This document shows positions 36,166 to 52,390 of a stretch of DNA of 64,000 bases, one piece after another. This DNA comes from Bugula neritina. Taxonomy: Eukaryota > Animalia > Bryozoa. The notes under the pieces are model-generated. The model was given only the letters and a program-made list of their open reading frames with translations, did no database searches and was not told the origin of the DNA. Where the stretch lies: assembly GCA_964035545.1 (NCBI GenBank), contig OZ037773.1:5299751-5363750 (forward strand), given 5' to 3'. Numbering within the stretch: the stretch's first letter is position 1; the number at the start of each line of letters is the position of its first letter. Position numbers and translations under genes: made by a program.

Positions 36166-39100
36166 TCCAGGGATGGGGAAATGGCAGCCTACTGTTTTAA
36201 TCAGGCCCTCAGCCAATCACTAGCAATTCTTAAAATTTCATTTGTTTCTTAATCATTCACAGAACATGTGTACTATGCAACACTGGCCAATCATGAACAT
36301 GACTCATGAGAAGAATCTGGCTAATGTATAGCTGCTGAAACTAATGATCACACTTCGGTGAGCATAAGTATAACAGCATTACAACTTTAGTTACGGGATG
36401 TTGCTGCTGCAGCAACAACAGTGAACTTCTACACTTCACCAGTTATAACCAGTGAGAAGTACCCTACACTAGCTACTGAGACTAAGAGTACTGAGCACAT
36501 CTGGTTATGTTTATATGTTTATATTTTCTATCATGGACCATATAAAAAATAGTAATAGAACACAGCTAGCTCACCAATGAGCATCTGCAAGATTTGTTTC
36601 GAGTAGCCACATTATATGAGCCCATTACTAGCAGTGATATTAGTGCTATTATGGCTACTATAAAAGTGTTTTCTATACTTCTCATTAATTATAGTAGGCC
36701 TACTATATATAAGTTATAGACCCAATAAATTTTTTGCTGCTTTCTTGCTTGGTGAACTATATAAAACTTGTTGTTAAATTAAAAAACTGTCATCTTTTTT
36801 CATTCTGCAGTCTTTTACTTTTACAAGTTGGTGCGTAATGTTCCAACGAATATGACTCACATGCAAAGTTTCAGCCACGTAAAATGTTTAGCAAAAACTA
36901 CTTGCAAAAATAAAAATATTGTAAAATGGTATTGTTTACTGTTTTATAATTCCAATTTTTGATAATTTCTATATTACCAGAGATACAGCAATGCATCTAT
37001 TAGTCCGAACTATAATCGATTGCTAAAAATTTTTTAAAATTTTTAATTTCGATTATTCAATTAATTATAATTAGATTTAGATTAGATTTAGGTGTGCCTA
37101 TATAAAACATGTAAAAATTTAGCTGTATTCTAAAATATATATTAAATCATAAAAATGCTACTCACAAAAATAATTTACATAATACTATATACAAAAATTT
37201 CCTACTTGAATAAAAAAGTAAAAATTAATAAAAATTAATTATAAAAATTATTGTAATGACACATTACTATTCTTTATGCAGGGTAAATATTTTCTGTGAT
37301 TTATCCGGAAATTTCAGTTATAAGAATATGGAGAGGTTTTAAGGCAAGCTATGATTGTGAAGTAAATTTGTATCTGACACCAGGTGTCACTATTGACGGT
37401 AAGTAATCTCACTTAACAATGAGGGTCGGAATAGAATTCCCTTGTGCAGAAAACTAATTAAACTATCTAATACTGTTTGTTGCCAAATTATTTGCTAATG
37501 TGATTTTAATATTTTCCAGTGACTTGATTTCTGGTGTTCGGTAACAGTGCTGAAGTGTGACAGGGACACGGCTATGGTTCGCCGATTTATATCACAGCAG
37601 CTGTAGTCAGAGACAGTGACAGAAATCAGATTCCTGGTATTTGAATCACCGAGATTCAACAGGAATTGCAGCGCAAGTAATCACCATTGATAAACCTATT
37701 ATAGAAACTAACTACCACTATTGCCAACTCAATAGCAACCTAATCAAAGAGCAGAGTATTTCACAAAGAATAAAGTTTATTATATTTATAAGAGTCAATT
37801 ATAAACATCACAACAGGCAACAGTCGACTGACTGCTACTAAAAATTACAACTCTATTTATGTCCATATTACGGACGTCTTGGAGCACAAAACGGACGTCT
37901 TGGGGTACAACCAATTATTTACATACAAAAATTTTATAAAACTCACAACAAATTTAATATAAAATTAGCATTACAACTTGTATCAACCAATCACGATATA
38001 TCAAAATTAGTTGACCTAGCTTTGAGTTAGTTAAATTATATTGCCAGAATGATTTAACTTGCAAGTCCGATAAAGATCACCTTGACCTAGTCTCTATATT
38101 CACAATGTTCTTATTCAGGGCCGTCAACTTAATGCAACGTGTACTGCTCGATGGCTCTAATAATATTTTTTACTACAATAGCTAGTCATATAACAGCTGT
38201 TTTTGGTTTAAATTGAAAATTTCTAGTCAACTTCAAAAATTTCCAGGCAATTAAAAACAAAAAAACTTCTAGTGCGGTTATTGTGTGAAACATAATGTGA
38301 AAAAAGTTAGAGAGGGATATTAATGTCATAGTTGTTGCATGGGAGCTAGGAACACTGTATTTAGCTAAAATTTTTAAGACATGGCAAATTCATAAGAAAA
38401 CTAAAGTCAAATGCTTAACTTCAGCTCATGATAAAACACATGTATGCATACACTAATGATTTTAAATGCAAAATATATTATGAACAATGCTAGCTCAACC
38501 GTATTCTAATAAAGTCACAAGACTCTGATGTATTCATCTTTGGTCTCTGTAGCGTCGCCACTAACTTTTAGATGAGTTGTACTGGTGTTGGTTTTCGTAA
38601 CTTTATTTTTACTTATTCCAACTGCCGTAAGAAACTATAAAAGTAGGTTAATATATATACAATTATAATACGTTTTTAAAACAAAACAAACAAAAATTAT
38701 TCATGAAATTGTAAAGTATTCAAACATAAATGCAGATTTTAGATTAATCACCTCTTGCCTTCTTTTAGTGGCTAGCTAGGGTGAGTTTGACTCTAGGAAA
38801 TGATGTTGTAGGTTTACTAAAAATATTAAAGTTTATAATAAAAATGACAACAAATGATAACTGCCATAAACAAAGTTAATTAATTATCAGTTAAGACAAG
38901 TATTAGTGCATATATCACATAAACAAAGATTAAACTTGTATTCAAAGTTGACTTGAATTAGTAGTTGCAGTGAATTACTGTTATGAGTAAAAGTAAAACT
39001 TTAAGCTACAAGTTAGGGTTCTATCCTGTGACAATCTGATCAATAACTGGAGAGCCTGCCTTAAGAATTTACAATTTTATGAAAAATCTATTATAAAGTA

Positions 39101-42100
39101 AACACATAGCCATGAATTCTATCATGCACTGACCACACTGGCATTTCAAACTTGTTAAACTTCTAAACATGTTAAATAAAACAAATATTTATTATTTAGT
39201 TGAAATAGATAAAAAATACTTAAGGAAAGCTTCAAATCCTTACAAATACTGAAAAACAAAACTAACCTGTGCCTCTTGAAATTAATTCCAATTCAAATTC
39301 ATTTATATTTTGCTAATTATATCATTAAAATTGATTGTTATTTATGCGATGGAACTTGCATTGCTAGTGCCTACTATTCTACCAACTGTAGGTTCAACGT
39401 CTGCACTGAAACATCCGGGCTGCCAAGGCGTAAAGCCACAGCCAATGGGCGAAGGCGTGCTGTTATCTAATTAATGAATTGACAACTATTGCAGTCGTTG
39501 CGTTGCGTATATAGGCGAGAATTACGTGTTGTGATAATCTATTTGAGTGGAACGTTATGCTAAACGCAATGCTGAATGCCTAATAAACTGTTAGATATTC
39601 ATTACGTTATGCTGCTTTTACAGCTTGAAATAATTATGCTATGTGATAACTTTACAGTCTCAATATTTGCAATATATTATAGTTTGAAAAATTACATTTG
39701 TTCACAGAACACGGTAATCATATATTGTAATGGATTTTCATCCTCTATTAGTTCTGAAGTAACTGCGTGCGTCAGTATTATAATTACTGTTGCGTATGTT
39801 TTGAATGCTGTAATTGTAGCTAAGTTGGGCTAGCTTTCTAGTGCCTTATTATTGCGATTGTTGTTAAAGCTTTCAGTATAATGTAATTTTCATGAAATAC
39901 GCATTCCAGAGTTATTTTCTCTTTTTGCTATTTTATCGTTTTGCATTAATACTGATACTGGAAATTTTGTGTAGCTTTTATGAATGCCTTCAAAAGGTTG
40001 TTATTATAGCTAAACTCTTGGCCTATTGAATTATTCATTCTTCTTTGTCTACTTTTCTTTTGTTTCTGTCAAGCTTAACTTTCTTCTGTCTGTTGGAACA
40101 TTCTAGACTCTAGAGTGTGAATTCTTGTGTATAAAAGCAGGCGAGTTTCTAGTGTAGTTCAGTCTACTACTGGAGCTCGCCTGTTGAAGACCACTCTATT
40201 ACGCTATAATAAAGATTGCTACTACTAAAGAATACATCCATCTTGTTCTCTCTTACAAAGAGATATGTTCAGCACTTAAGTTTCATTCAACCCACAAAGT
40301 TACTACAGTATGATATATTTAGATGTCAATTTTGCTTCAAATCAACTTGGACATGAGTTGTGTGCAGTGCAGCACTTCCTGGCTTTAACATGCTCTACCA
40401 GGTTCTGATTTGGTGAGCACTTTAATGGAAAATGAAAGTGATCAGTTTGCTCCTTCTTGAAGATTTATTACCCATATCACTAGGTCTAGGTTACCTCTAG
40501 ACTAATAAATTAATGTGTTTTCCCAATAATTAGGTCTTAGGTAGGTTGATTTATCCATGAGTAATGGTGGAAACTTACTTATTGGCAATGTAAACAATAT
40601 GAAGTTTAATCAATGTACAAATCAATACACTTACGTAATACAGACAGCTTTTGTAATAACATGTTAAGCAGTTGATTTCCCATTCTATTACACAAGCCGC
40701 TGATCCTGACCAAGGCAGGTATACTATATAAGTTATAGTAATCGACTCTACTATTTATACTGTAAAATATTTCAGTAAAATCTCAATGGCTATATAATTT
40801 ATTAAGATAAAGTAAACTCCTGGAATCTTGTTATGATAATATAATATTATATATTAGTATTGTACCAAAAGTTATTAGTCAAGGTGTGCAACTTTAACCG
40901 ACCATGGTAAAAGTGAAGCAAAATAAATGGCTCATAAATTTGAATACAAAGTTATCATTCAACTTTAATTTTGCTACTCCTCAAATGTATTTATAAAATA
41001 CAGTTTGTTAGATTACCATGTAACTCCCAGTAGACATTTAAAGCAGGGTCCGTACATGCGCATACTTTGAAGTCCAGCCACATTAGAATCTAATAAAATA
41101 GCCATTGAGTTTATATTTATGTCAATTTAAAATTAAAGTTATTATTAAGCTAGAAACTTAAAGTTTGTTGCTAAATATGCTTGGTGATAACTAGCAAATC
41201 ATTTAAATTCATAATTTATTTCTCACAATGTTGATTGTCAGAATTTAAGCTGGACTATCAAAAGTAGTTTACAGGGTATATGTAGAAATATATACTATTG
41301 CAAAGAAATATTTTTTATAAAATGTGTTTGGCAAACTTTGCATTTATAATTTAGAATAAGAACTAAAAAAAGTAGCTTGAGGTTTTTTGATTAACCTGAC
41401 ATTGGGTAGGTTGCACACTTGCAAACGCTGCTCATGCATGGTAGTGTGATTCCCTGGCTTTACTATTTAAAGCTAATCTAGATTAGTCAGTCAGCTATAT
41501 AAGAAGACAACGCCTTGTAATAGTCCTAAAGGGTTCTGACTTTTTTCTACTTAAGGCCAGTATTTACACTGAATTTCAAAACAATTTTTCACACCGTTGA
41601 TATGCAGTAAATCAATCAATCAAAGTTAAAGTTTAGTTTGGTATTCAAAAATGTAGATAGTAAAAGGTATATATATATAGCTCTCCCATTACTAAGGCAA
41701 AAAGTATAGCTATTGGTTCTGTTTTACTCTTGTGTATTGGTTATCAATAAAGTATTATTGGTTCATTAGTCATCAATGAATGTATAACTTACTGCTTTGT
41801 TTTTTTTCTTAAACTAGTTTTATGGCAGTTAATGGGGAAAAATACAAGGTTAGACTAAAATTCCTTTGTTGGTGACCTACAACTACTCATATATTATAGG
41901 ATGTGTATAGGAAAAGTGACAATTTCATATCACTAGGACTACAAAAGCTATTATATATCATACTTGCATGAAACCAAATTTTCGAAAAAGTAGCTTCAGT
42001 GGTATATAAGATGATTTTTTGATAAGCAAAGAGTATTACATGCATTAATATTGTTATAGCATGACATTGCATAAATCTAAAAGATGTAATGGCTTTTTCA

Positions 42101-44149
42101 TGTTAGCTTCGGCGCTTATTTTGTTTATTTATATACAGCTATACCAGCTTTTCTGTGCAAGTTAATATATAAGGTGGTAACACTTCTACTGTTTCCATTG
42201 TAAATTATTTTATGATCAATACACCTGTTTGAAACACAACAAATATTATCATGTATTTAAAGGGTGTTGGCATGGTAATGTGTCACTAGTAGCTGTGTCA
42301 CTGATAGCTGTGTTATGCAGAATTTACTATTTATAGCTCTTATTTCTTTAGCTTAACTCCACTCCATAATATTATGGTGTAATTTTAATGGCAGTTTTAA
42401 AAGAGTTGAATGCATAAACTACATTTTGTTAATGCTCTGGCAGTGTTATAATCTTCAGATGGTACTAAAACATTAGCTTCTCCAATTAAAAATTATTTAA
42501 GCAGACAAATAACTGTCTATAGATAATGTTGCAAGTGTTTTGTTTTTAATAATATATATAATTATTAGTTGTTCTCTGTTTAACTTTGTATAAAGGGGAA
42601 AATCCACAAAATAAGGCTTTTTGGTGAACTGCATGCATTGCAGCCGACACAATTTGATTTAATTAGCTAGGCATCTTTTGTGCACCTAATTTGCTCAAAA
42701 ATACGGCATAAGAGTTAAACAAAAACGAGATTAATTCAAATTATAGTGAAATAAGGGTATATAAGAAGTGGAAATAGTCCTAAAAAATAAATAATGATTA
42801 TGATAGAGCCAAGAATATATAGGGATCCAAGCATAGCAGATGGGAAGATAAGGTTAAGAAACAGATGATACACTTTAATAGGCATTTGAAAGCAATATAT
42901 AACATAATAAAAGCCCATGAGCACGCCAAAGAGAATAATGCTAATGTTTTTGTGGTGAGCATAATAAATTAAACCATTCATGTATACATTATACAGCTGC
43001 ATGGTTATGATTGTAGTATTTTTTTTTGTTGTGCATGGCCAGTAGAATAAATTCAAGCAATTTAACCATTGGCAATGCTGCAAACAACAACTCAACAAAT
43101 TGCCATTGTACTACATCATACTACGACACTGTACTACATATTGATGGGTTATTAGGTGTAACTAATTGTAGCTCATCTAAAAATTCCTCACTACTATGCC
43201 TCTCATAGAAATTGTGACTATGATTAAACATAATTTAAAAATATATACTTAGATAAAAGAATCATGAACATCTGTTATAAAATCAAAAGTATTTTTGGTA
43301 ATAGTTATCATAGTCATCATCATTTAATCTATTTGATAATAATTTTTGATTAATTTTGAAAAAGCATTATAGCTTTCATAGTACATGTTCTATTTCAAGG
43401 CTTGTTGGTACATTTATTATCAGTTACATAACAAAAAAACTAAATAAAGAATATCAAATATAATATATATAACCTCATTAGGTATTTTGAAGTGCATAGC
43501 TTTAAGTATTTAAAGTACATTAAGGACCCCCTCCCCCAGCTGTTTATATTGCAGTATGAATAAAATGGCAAGCAATATAATCTATTATGCTATTATTTAG
43601 GCATTAATTAAATGAGTAATAATATTAGAGTCTTTGTTTTTAACCAAGTGAAATATTTCAGGCTTGGATAACAATACATGCAATAGATGTACCTGAAATA
43701 AAATATTTACATTGAGAGCTAGTATTACTCCTTACTCAAACATCGATTGCTAATAGTTGCAGCTAAATAAATACATTTTTAAAGCATTTATATTAGTGTA
43801 TATATAGCACAATTTATCATTGTGTATAAAAAGGCCAATATTCAAATTATAGAGAGAATAAATTGAAAACTCGAAGGGTGACAGATTTTATAAACTACTT
43901 TTAAATCTAAAAAAGAGTTTTAATTCCAGCAGAGTCAATTTTAGTAAAAGCATTAAACAAGCGCTTTGTCCATTCCTGCAGGGTTTGTTCAGGGCAGAAA
44001 TTTTAACACATGAATGAGGTCAGGGCGAAAAATTCAATTAAATAGCATGTAATTAGAATCTACATATTTCCACCTTTTAATTTATTATTGACATTTGAAC
44101 GGTTCCTATTATCTCTCTGTTTGCAGTCATTTGATTTGACAATGACTGT

Positions 44150-44330
44150 TCTACGCTTGAGGCTTGATGGCAGCTCTCCACACCACTCTGTTTTCTACAG
44201 CCTTTTGCCATCTTTCTGTGTCTATATCTCTCCACTTCATGTTGTGCTTAGCAACATCTTTGAATCGCAGTGTGGTCTGCCATGATTCCTTTTGCCTCCA
44301 CAGAGTTGAGAACACAGCTCTCGTTTCCAC
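44150..44330 (-). mobile_element. RTE-clade LINE 3' fragment (different family)
   Basis: Minus-strand translation with one frameshift: LCSQLCGGKRNHGRP-RFKDVAKHNMKWRDIDTERWQKAVENRVVWRAAIK, matching the RTE GxRxxGRPxxRxKD...W...R..WR motif. Confidence 0.65.
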
Positions 44331-45368
44331 TTCTCAGTAAAGCAGTCACCTTGCAGTTTATGAATTATAGTATAAATCAATGCTAAGCTGGTTTTGAATA
44401 TCGAATAATTTAAAATTAATTCGGTACTAAACTTGCAGTATTTTGTACTAATGTTTTGATTCCTTGTTTACTAAGTTTACATTCATAACGCAATTAACAG
44501 TGCAGGTTTGCCATATCTTCACACTTTGCATGTGGCTTGTATATTATACTATAATTAAAAACACCAATTATTTCATTAAGAAACCTAGCGTGCTATAGCG
44601 GTACTGTAAACACATTATGATATACCTACAGTCACAGAACCAAAGTCAGATTATTAAAATAACAATGATTCAGTAGATTAATGTCAGCAGTAAAGTATTA
44701 AATTATGTCAGTTAAAACTTTATCAGTTGCAATTATCAAAAGCTGATAATAATTAATATATTTTCCATTTACATGGTTTGTATTTTATCATGATTCATAC
44801 TGGAAAATTAGATCATCATAAAACTTTAGCATTGTCATCCAACCCTAGCGGAGACAACTATATAATGGTCTTGAGTAGCCATTCAGTATGATTCCTCATC
44901 ATTCAAAATAATTCCATTTAACATAAAGCTCGAGAATTAGCAAAGGGAACTTTTCAGCTTTTAATGAGAAAAGGTAAGTTCATGTTATGCAATTAAAAAA
45001 GTCTAGAATTACAGACAAGACAACAAGGTTTCATTCCACATGCATATTTAAATAGTTTAAAGCTTGTAAAATTTCAGAAACTGCAAGCAAAGAAGCGAAT
45101 TTGAGAAAAAAATTGGTGTGTCGAAACTTCTCCGCATTACTGTATATTATAAAACATAACTACGATGTGTCAGCACCTGAAATCTATAGAGTACCCGTAT
45201 TTTTAGAATATAAGAATTATAAGTATAGCAATTAGAATATAGTTAGTGCAGCTGTTTGTATGTTGTTTGTAGTGAAAGATATTTTGTTTAATGTCATCAA
45301 AGTGGTTATTTGATAATAAAATAGAACGTTTTAGTAAGGTGATAAAGGCTACACACTAGTATTCAAAA

Positions 45369-46876
<1,508 letters not shown>

Positions 46877-49800
46877 GATTTGTGATACAGAGGCTTTTAT
46901 AACCAGAAGCACATACTGTATAAACATTAACTATCTTAGTGGGACTGTATGAATTTGCACACTCCAATAATTATATTGACAACTTGCTTAAAAGTAAAAG
47001 ACATTGGAATTAAAACCTTTATTCAGTAGCAATTTTGTTAAAGTAGTCTAATAAGCTATTTCAGTAAAAAATCTACTTCCTTCAATTATATCACTTCTAT
47101 TGAACTTCTATTGCTGATTTTAAATTTAATGATCAAAACAGAATCGAAAGTATTTTTTTATAATCAGTCTAATCTGTAGCAGTATTTAGGACTGAAAGTT
47201 ATACAAGAGAGGGGATATGTAGGTCAACAACTATTCACATTCATTATTCACTCCCTGATAAGAGAATATCTATGAGCCCAATTAAAAATTTAGTAGCTAC
47301 TATAGCTAAAACTTTCTAATGCCCTTGATAACACAGGATAGAAAGTCTTTATCTCATAACATCTGGCTAATTATATTGTGTGCTTTTACAAATTAGCCAT
47401 ATATGATGTGTTATAGTGAATCAAGTAAATTACCTAACAATACTTATGGAGCTTAAGATTTTCATGAATCAGCTCAAAACAAAAACCATTTAAATCTGTC
47501 AACTTTTCTAAACTCTATTTTGTTTAGTCACTTTGCTGTAAGAGCCTCTTCTCTCACTATTTCTGCCAGGCTTTTATGTATGATGGAGCAGTAATAACCA
47601 AGCACCTTTCCCATCAGACTATATATATAGTTCAAAGCATGACCGCATCTATTAATAACTACCAGGTGATTTAATCATAACCTAATGAACTCTTTTGTGT
47701 ATAAGGCTAGGATCAGTGATCAGTGAACAGTGGAATTGTAAATAATTGTTGTAGTTATTATTTTTTTCTGCTTGGACTTGGGACAATTTTGTTGTATTTT
47801 AATTAACTTATCATATTTTAGCTAGGTATTGTGTAATATGGGTATACAATCCTAAATAATTGTAGTTTGAATTATGCAAAGAAAATAAGCATATGCTTAC
47901 ATATGAGTCTTAATTCAAACTCAAACATAAGTATCATGCTGCAATATCCAGCTGCTTGAACTGATAAAATAACTGAAAAATACAGCATTTAGCAAAGCAA
48001 AAACAAACCGAGGACCCTCGACAACAGGATATGCGTATTTTTGCAGCAGAATTGACAGATTAGCTTATTTGGAAGTGTTTTGTTGGCAAAAGGCTGGAAA
48101 AAAAGTTAAGTAGTAGAATATGATAATTTGAAAGTCAAAATAAAAGTCATCGTCTATGAAATGAACTCAAAAAAGGATTTTATTGGCTGTTTATTAGGGA
48201 CAGGCATCCAATACACCATCAAACTATTTATTATTTAATATAACTCTTTTTTTAAAAGGGTATAGAAGGTTTTAGTGTCTCGTGGCATTGACTATTGGTT
48301 TAACAATTGCTCCTGATTGGCTGACTTCAATCATATGTGTATTTTCTATGTGAACAGCATGGGGGGAGAGGGGGGACCCCCAGTGCCAGGAGGAAGTAAT
48401 TAAATACACTTGAGTCAATTCACACAAACTATTGTATAATAAAAACTAACTCACATGGGTGTTTGGTTAAATGATTCAGCAATAATTTCTTATTTACTTG
48501 TATGCTCAGTACTGAAACAGGTATAGCTGACTACGTCAAAACTTTCATCAATTATGTATTTCAGATATTTGCTAATCCCCTTCGGGACAATTCACATAAA
48601 GTTATAGACCCTCTAGAGGCAAAGCCTTGATTATCATGCGCGATATAATTTATATAGCTACCAAACTGAAATTCAAAAGCTGATTAAACAATAACAATTA
48701 TGTAGTGCACAACTGAAGAGAGTGATGAAGCTATGAACTATTAAGCAGGCCAATATTAGATAACTATGTGCTGGCCAGCTATAACAATTCTTGTTGTCAC
48801 TAATCTTGTATATCTGTTTGGCAATATTATGTTTGATACATTGGCCTTATCACGAAAAGCAGCTAAAATTATCCAAACTCTAAAGTATATAAGGAAACAT
48901 GCATGTGATTCACTAAAGATAGCTCAGTATCATTTATTAGACTGACAAGCATATTATTAGCAACCAAATATGCTTTCACGAAAGACTAGCACATGTTTAC
49001 ATACTTCTACACACTTAACTTGGGCTGTTAGTTTCCAAAAATAAATTTATAATTCTACTTTCACAGCTTTTTTTCACTTAACTTAAGGTACAATTGCTTA
49101 AATTTTCTAGTAACTAAATTGCTTGAGTAAATTTACAAGAGTTGTTTGTATATTATTAACCATTCTATATTGATAGATTTATAAAAAAAACTCAAGAATC
49201 TATAAACTTGATACTAACCTTTCAGAAGTAAGACCTACATGTAGGTTTTTGTGATGAATCAATCGATGAAAAGGTCAATAATTTTGTTTTAGTTGAAAAT
49301 ATTATCTACTTTATTATTTTTAATTCACTGATTGGCTTCTTTGTGCATCTTTGAAGGCTTTACCATCACTTTATTTCAATCTATTAAAGATGCTTCAAGT
49401 TTGTAAAAAAAAAGCTGTTATAGTGTGATTTTCTGAATGATTGCAGTTGTATAATATTACATGCAGTTCAATGAACATCTTAAAGCTACAGTACATGTAT
49501 TTTGTCAGCAATTACTAGATAAAAGCTATCTTAAGAGTTATACTGTTTATTTATTTTATTACTCACTCTTTATAGCTGACACTGATAAGCAATCTAACAA
49601 CTCTACTTACATCTCGTACACTATGGTCCTAACTTCAGAAATGGAAGTGCTAAATAAACTGAACGCTCAAATTCTGAATGGGTTGTGAAGCATATATTGT
49701 TTGCCTAATATCAACAGACAGGCTCTTACTGCTATACCATGAGAAATAATTCAAACAGTAGTGCTGTGAACTGTTAGCTTTTTATACATTATTTGATGTA

Positions 49801-52390
49801 CATTTATTATTGAAAATTTGGTTGTCTATTCTGTTGAATAATAAACTAACTAAAAAGCCAGGAAAATTCTAACATATAGATTACGTTTGTTAGCTTAGTT
49901 TTAGTTGTCCCTATTCTAGACAATTAAGATACAAACACTCAATACACACTCCAGCATATACACTGAATAAAGCATAAAGAATTCAGCAGCATAAATTTCA
50001 ATACATAAAAACTGTTTCAATATTTGAATCTAGATTTAGTTGGTAGGTTTTAGTAACATGACTCTTGACTAAATAATATTTGGAAAAGTGATAAGAGTCA
50101 CAGTTTATTGCATATATATTATATTATACTATTTTGTATATTTGGCAAATATTTATCAAGTAATTGATACGAAATTTCTGGCTGATGTGTTTTTTATGCT
50201 TTGAACAGTTAGCAATTTGACCCAATGAAATTCAACCATCATGAGAAGAGCTGAACTAGATTGAGTTATGTGCTATCACACGCTTCTCTCAATTGATAAT
50301 ATTTTATAACTTAATTGCTAAATCAATAGGGATAATTGAAACTTCAATGAGCTGTACGTATTCTGCAAATTTCTAACTGTGACTGGTTGTGTGTTGCCCA
50401 CTATAAATAACTATTGACCCCATTAACTTCCTATTTATGTTTAGGTGACATACGTCAGCGCAGGCATTACTCATCTACCTTGTGCTGACTATATTAGATT
50501 TGTGGCCAGGTCATTGTGGTTGGGGTGGCTGTCATTCTTGCCCTACCTGTACGGGCTGGGTTGGTACCCTGAGGCTACCCAGTGAATGTTTACTATGTTT
50601 TGGGACACAATCATTGTGGTATTTTTTAGGGACAATAGTTGTTTATGCAATATGTTTTTGCCTGGTACGGTAACAACAACCAGAGTATATAAACACCTTA
50701 CAAACTCAATACAATCAGTTGGCAGCACTCTTTAACAAAACTGTAATTACTATTTTATTTATCTACTGGTTTGACAATATATTATTTACTGGCACTGTCT
50801 ATGAAGGACCCAAGAGTTTTTACCAACAAGTATAACCAATAAACTACTGCGTTTGGAAATCCTGGTTTAATTCATACGGGGCCAGTAACACTAACTATAC
50901 ATCAAATAACGATGATCTCATGGAAAAGTAGTTCTATAATATGGTATACAAAACTATATATTAGATAGCTATATATAGTTTTGTATAGATAGCTATAACA
51001 AAACTTTCACATAAAACGAACGTTTTTCTGTAGCTATCTCCTATCAATGATTGCAGAAACAATTACCAAATGAGTTTATCTGGCTTAGGGTATAATGAAT
51101 AATATATATTATGAGTCTATCCCCTAGTCACACTTTGCCACACCGTATAAGGGCATAGACCGTAACATAAAATGTCAGCCAGTTTTACAGATGCCCAAGC
51201 TTCTTGTATGGCGTTGCAGTACATCAGGATCAAGCACTGCTTGATTAAACAAAATTGTATCAGGCTCCTATATTGGACAATTCATTGAATATAAATATCC
51301 AATGATATTTTATAGATCTCACCCAATAGTGCACTTGGAGAACTTTGCCGTACACATATTTTACATTACAGCCTAGATGCGGCAAAGTGTGTTTAAGGGG
51401 GTATGTCCTCAGTATATTGATGCCGAAACTAAAACGAAGGTTTTATCTCTTTAAAACACAAAAATACTAACACTGTGTTAAAAGTGCTAGTATTTGTTTA
51501 TTCACACTCTTAAGCACATTGTCTAATAGCTAAAGATTGTGAAGCACTAAAGTTATACCCATGTAATAGTTTGTCACTATAATATAGTTTTACTATATTA
51601 AAGTGTTTTCTTGAATGTATATTTTGCTTAGCTGTGACTTAGTGTTTAAGCAGCCAACTTCTTATACTAAACTTTTTGACAAAACTGCAATTTTATCAAC
51701 CTCTGCTTATACACAGCTATTGATGGCTAACACCATGGTAGTCCTTATAGAGGATAAACTGATTTTATTCTAAATGATGATTTTTTTCTGATTATCATAA
51801 AATATTTTAAACAAGAGTGTTTATAGTTTGCCATTTTTTTTAAACTCACCAAGTACACTTTTATAGCAGTTTACATCTAATTAAGTGTTATATACAATTA
51901 ATTTCAGTTGCAGATACTATTATGCAATTAATTTTAACTCAAAATTTACCATTTTGGTATTTGAATGTGTGTACAACAAAATTGAGGACAGCTTAATATC
52001 AATGGATTTTATACAGTTAAATAAAGTGACTATAGTAAATAGAGTCGTAGTTAATCAACATGGGTAAAAATTACTAGTGTAGTATGATATTCATGTTTAT
52101 TGCTTACTATAGAAGGTGACTTGGTTAATACCAACTAAACTAGAGTAATAGAAAAGTACACTAGCCTCGGTTAAAAACAAATTGCAAATGCATAACTTAT
52201 GCTCAAACCACACGGAGACAAGCATGAAAACTTTTAAAACATCCTACCTAGCGGCTGTACCAAAGATCAAGTGCAAAACAGACATTAGGTAAAACTTACA
52301 AGTAAAAAATCAAAAGCAAGATAAAGCCTATAGGGCTGTGTTCTGTCAGGCTGAGCACTTTTATATACTATTAGCTGCTGATTACACAAA

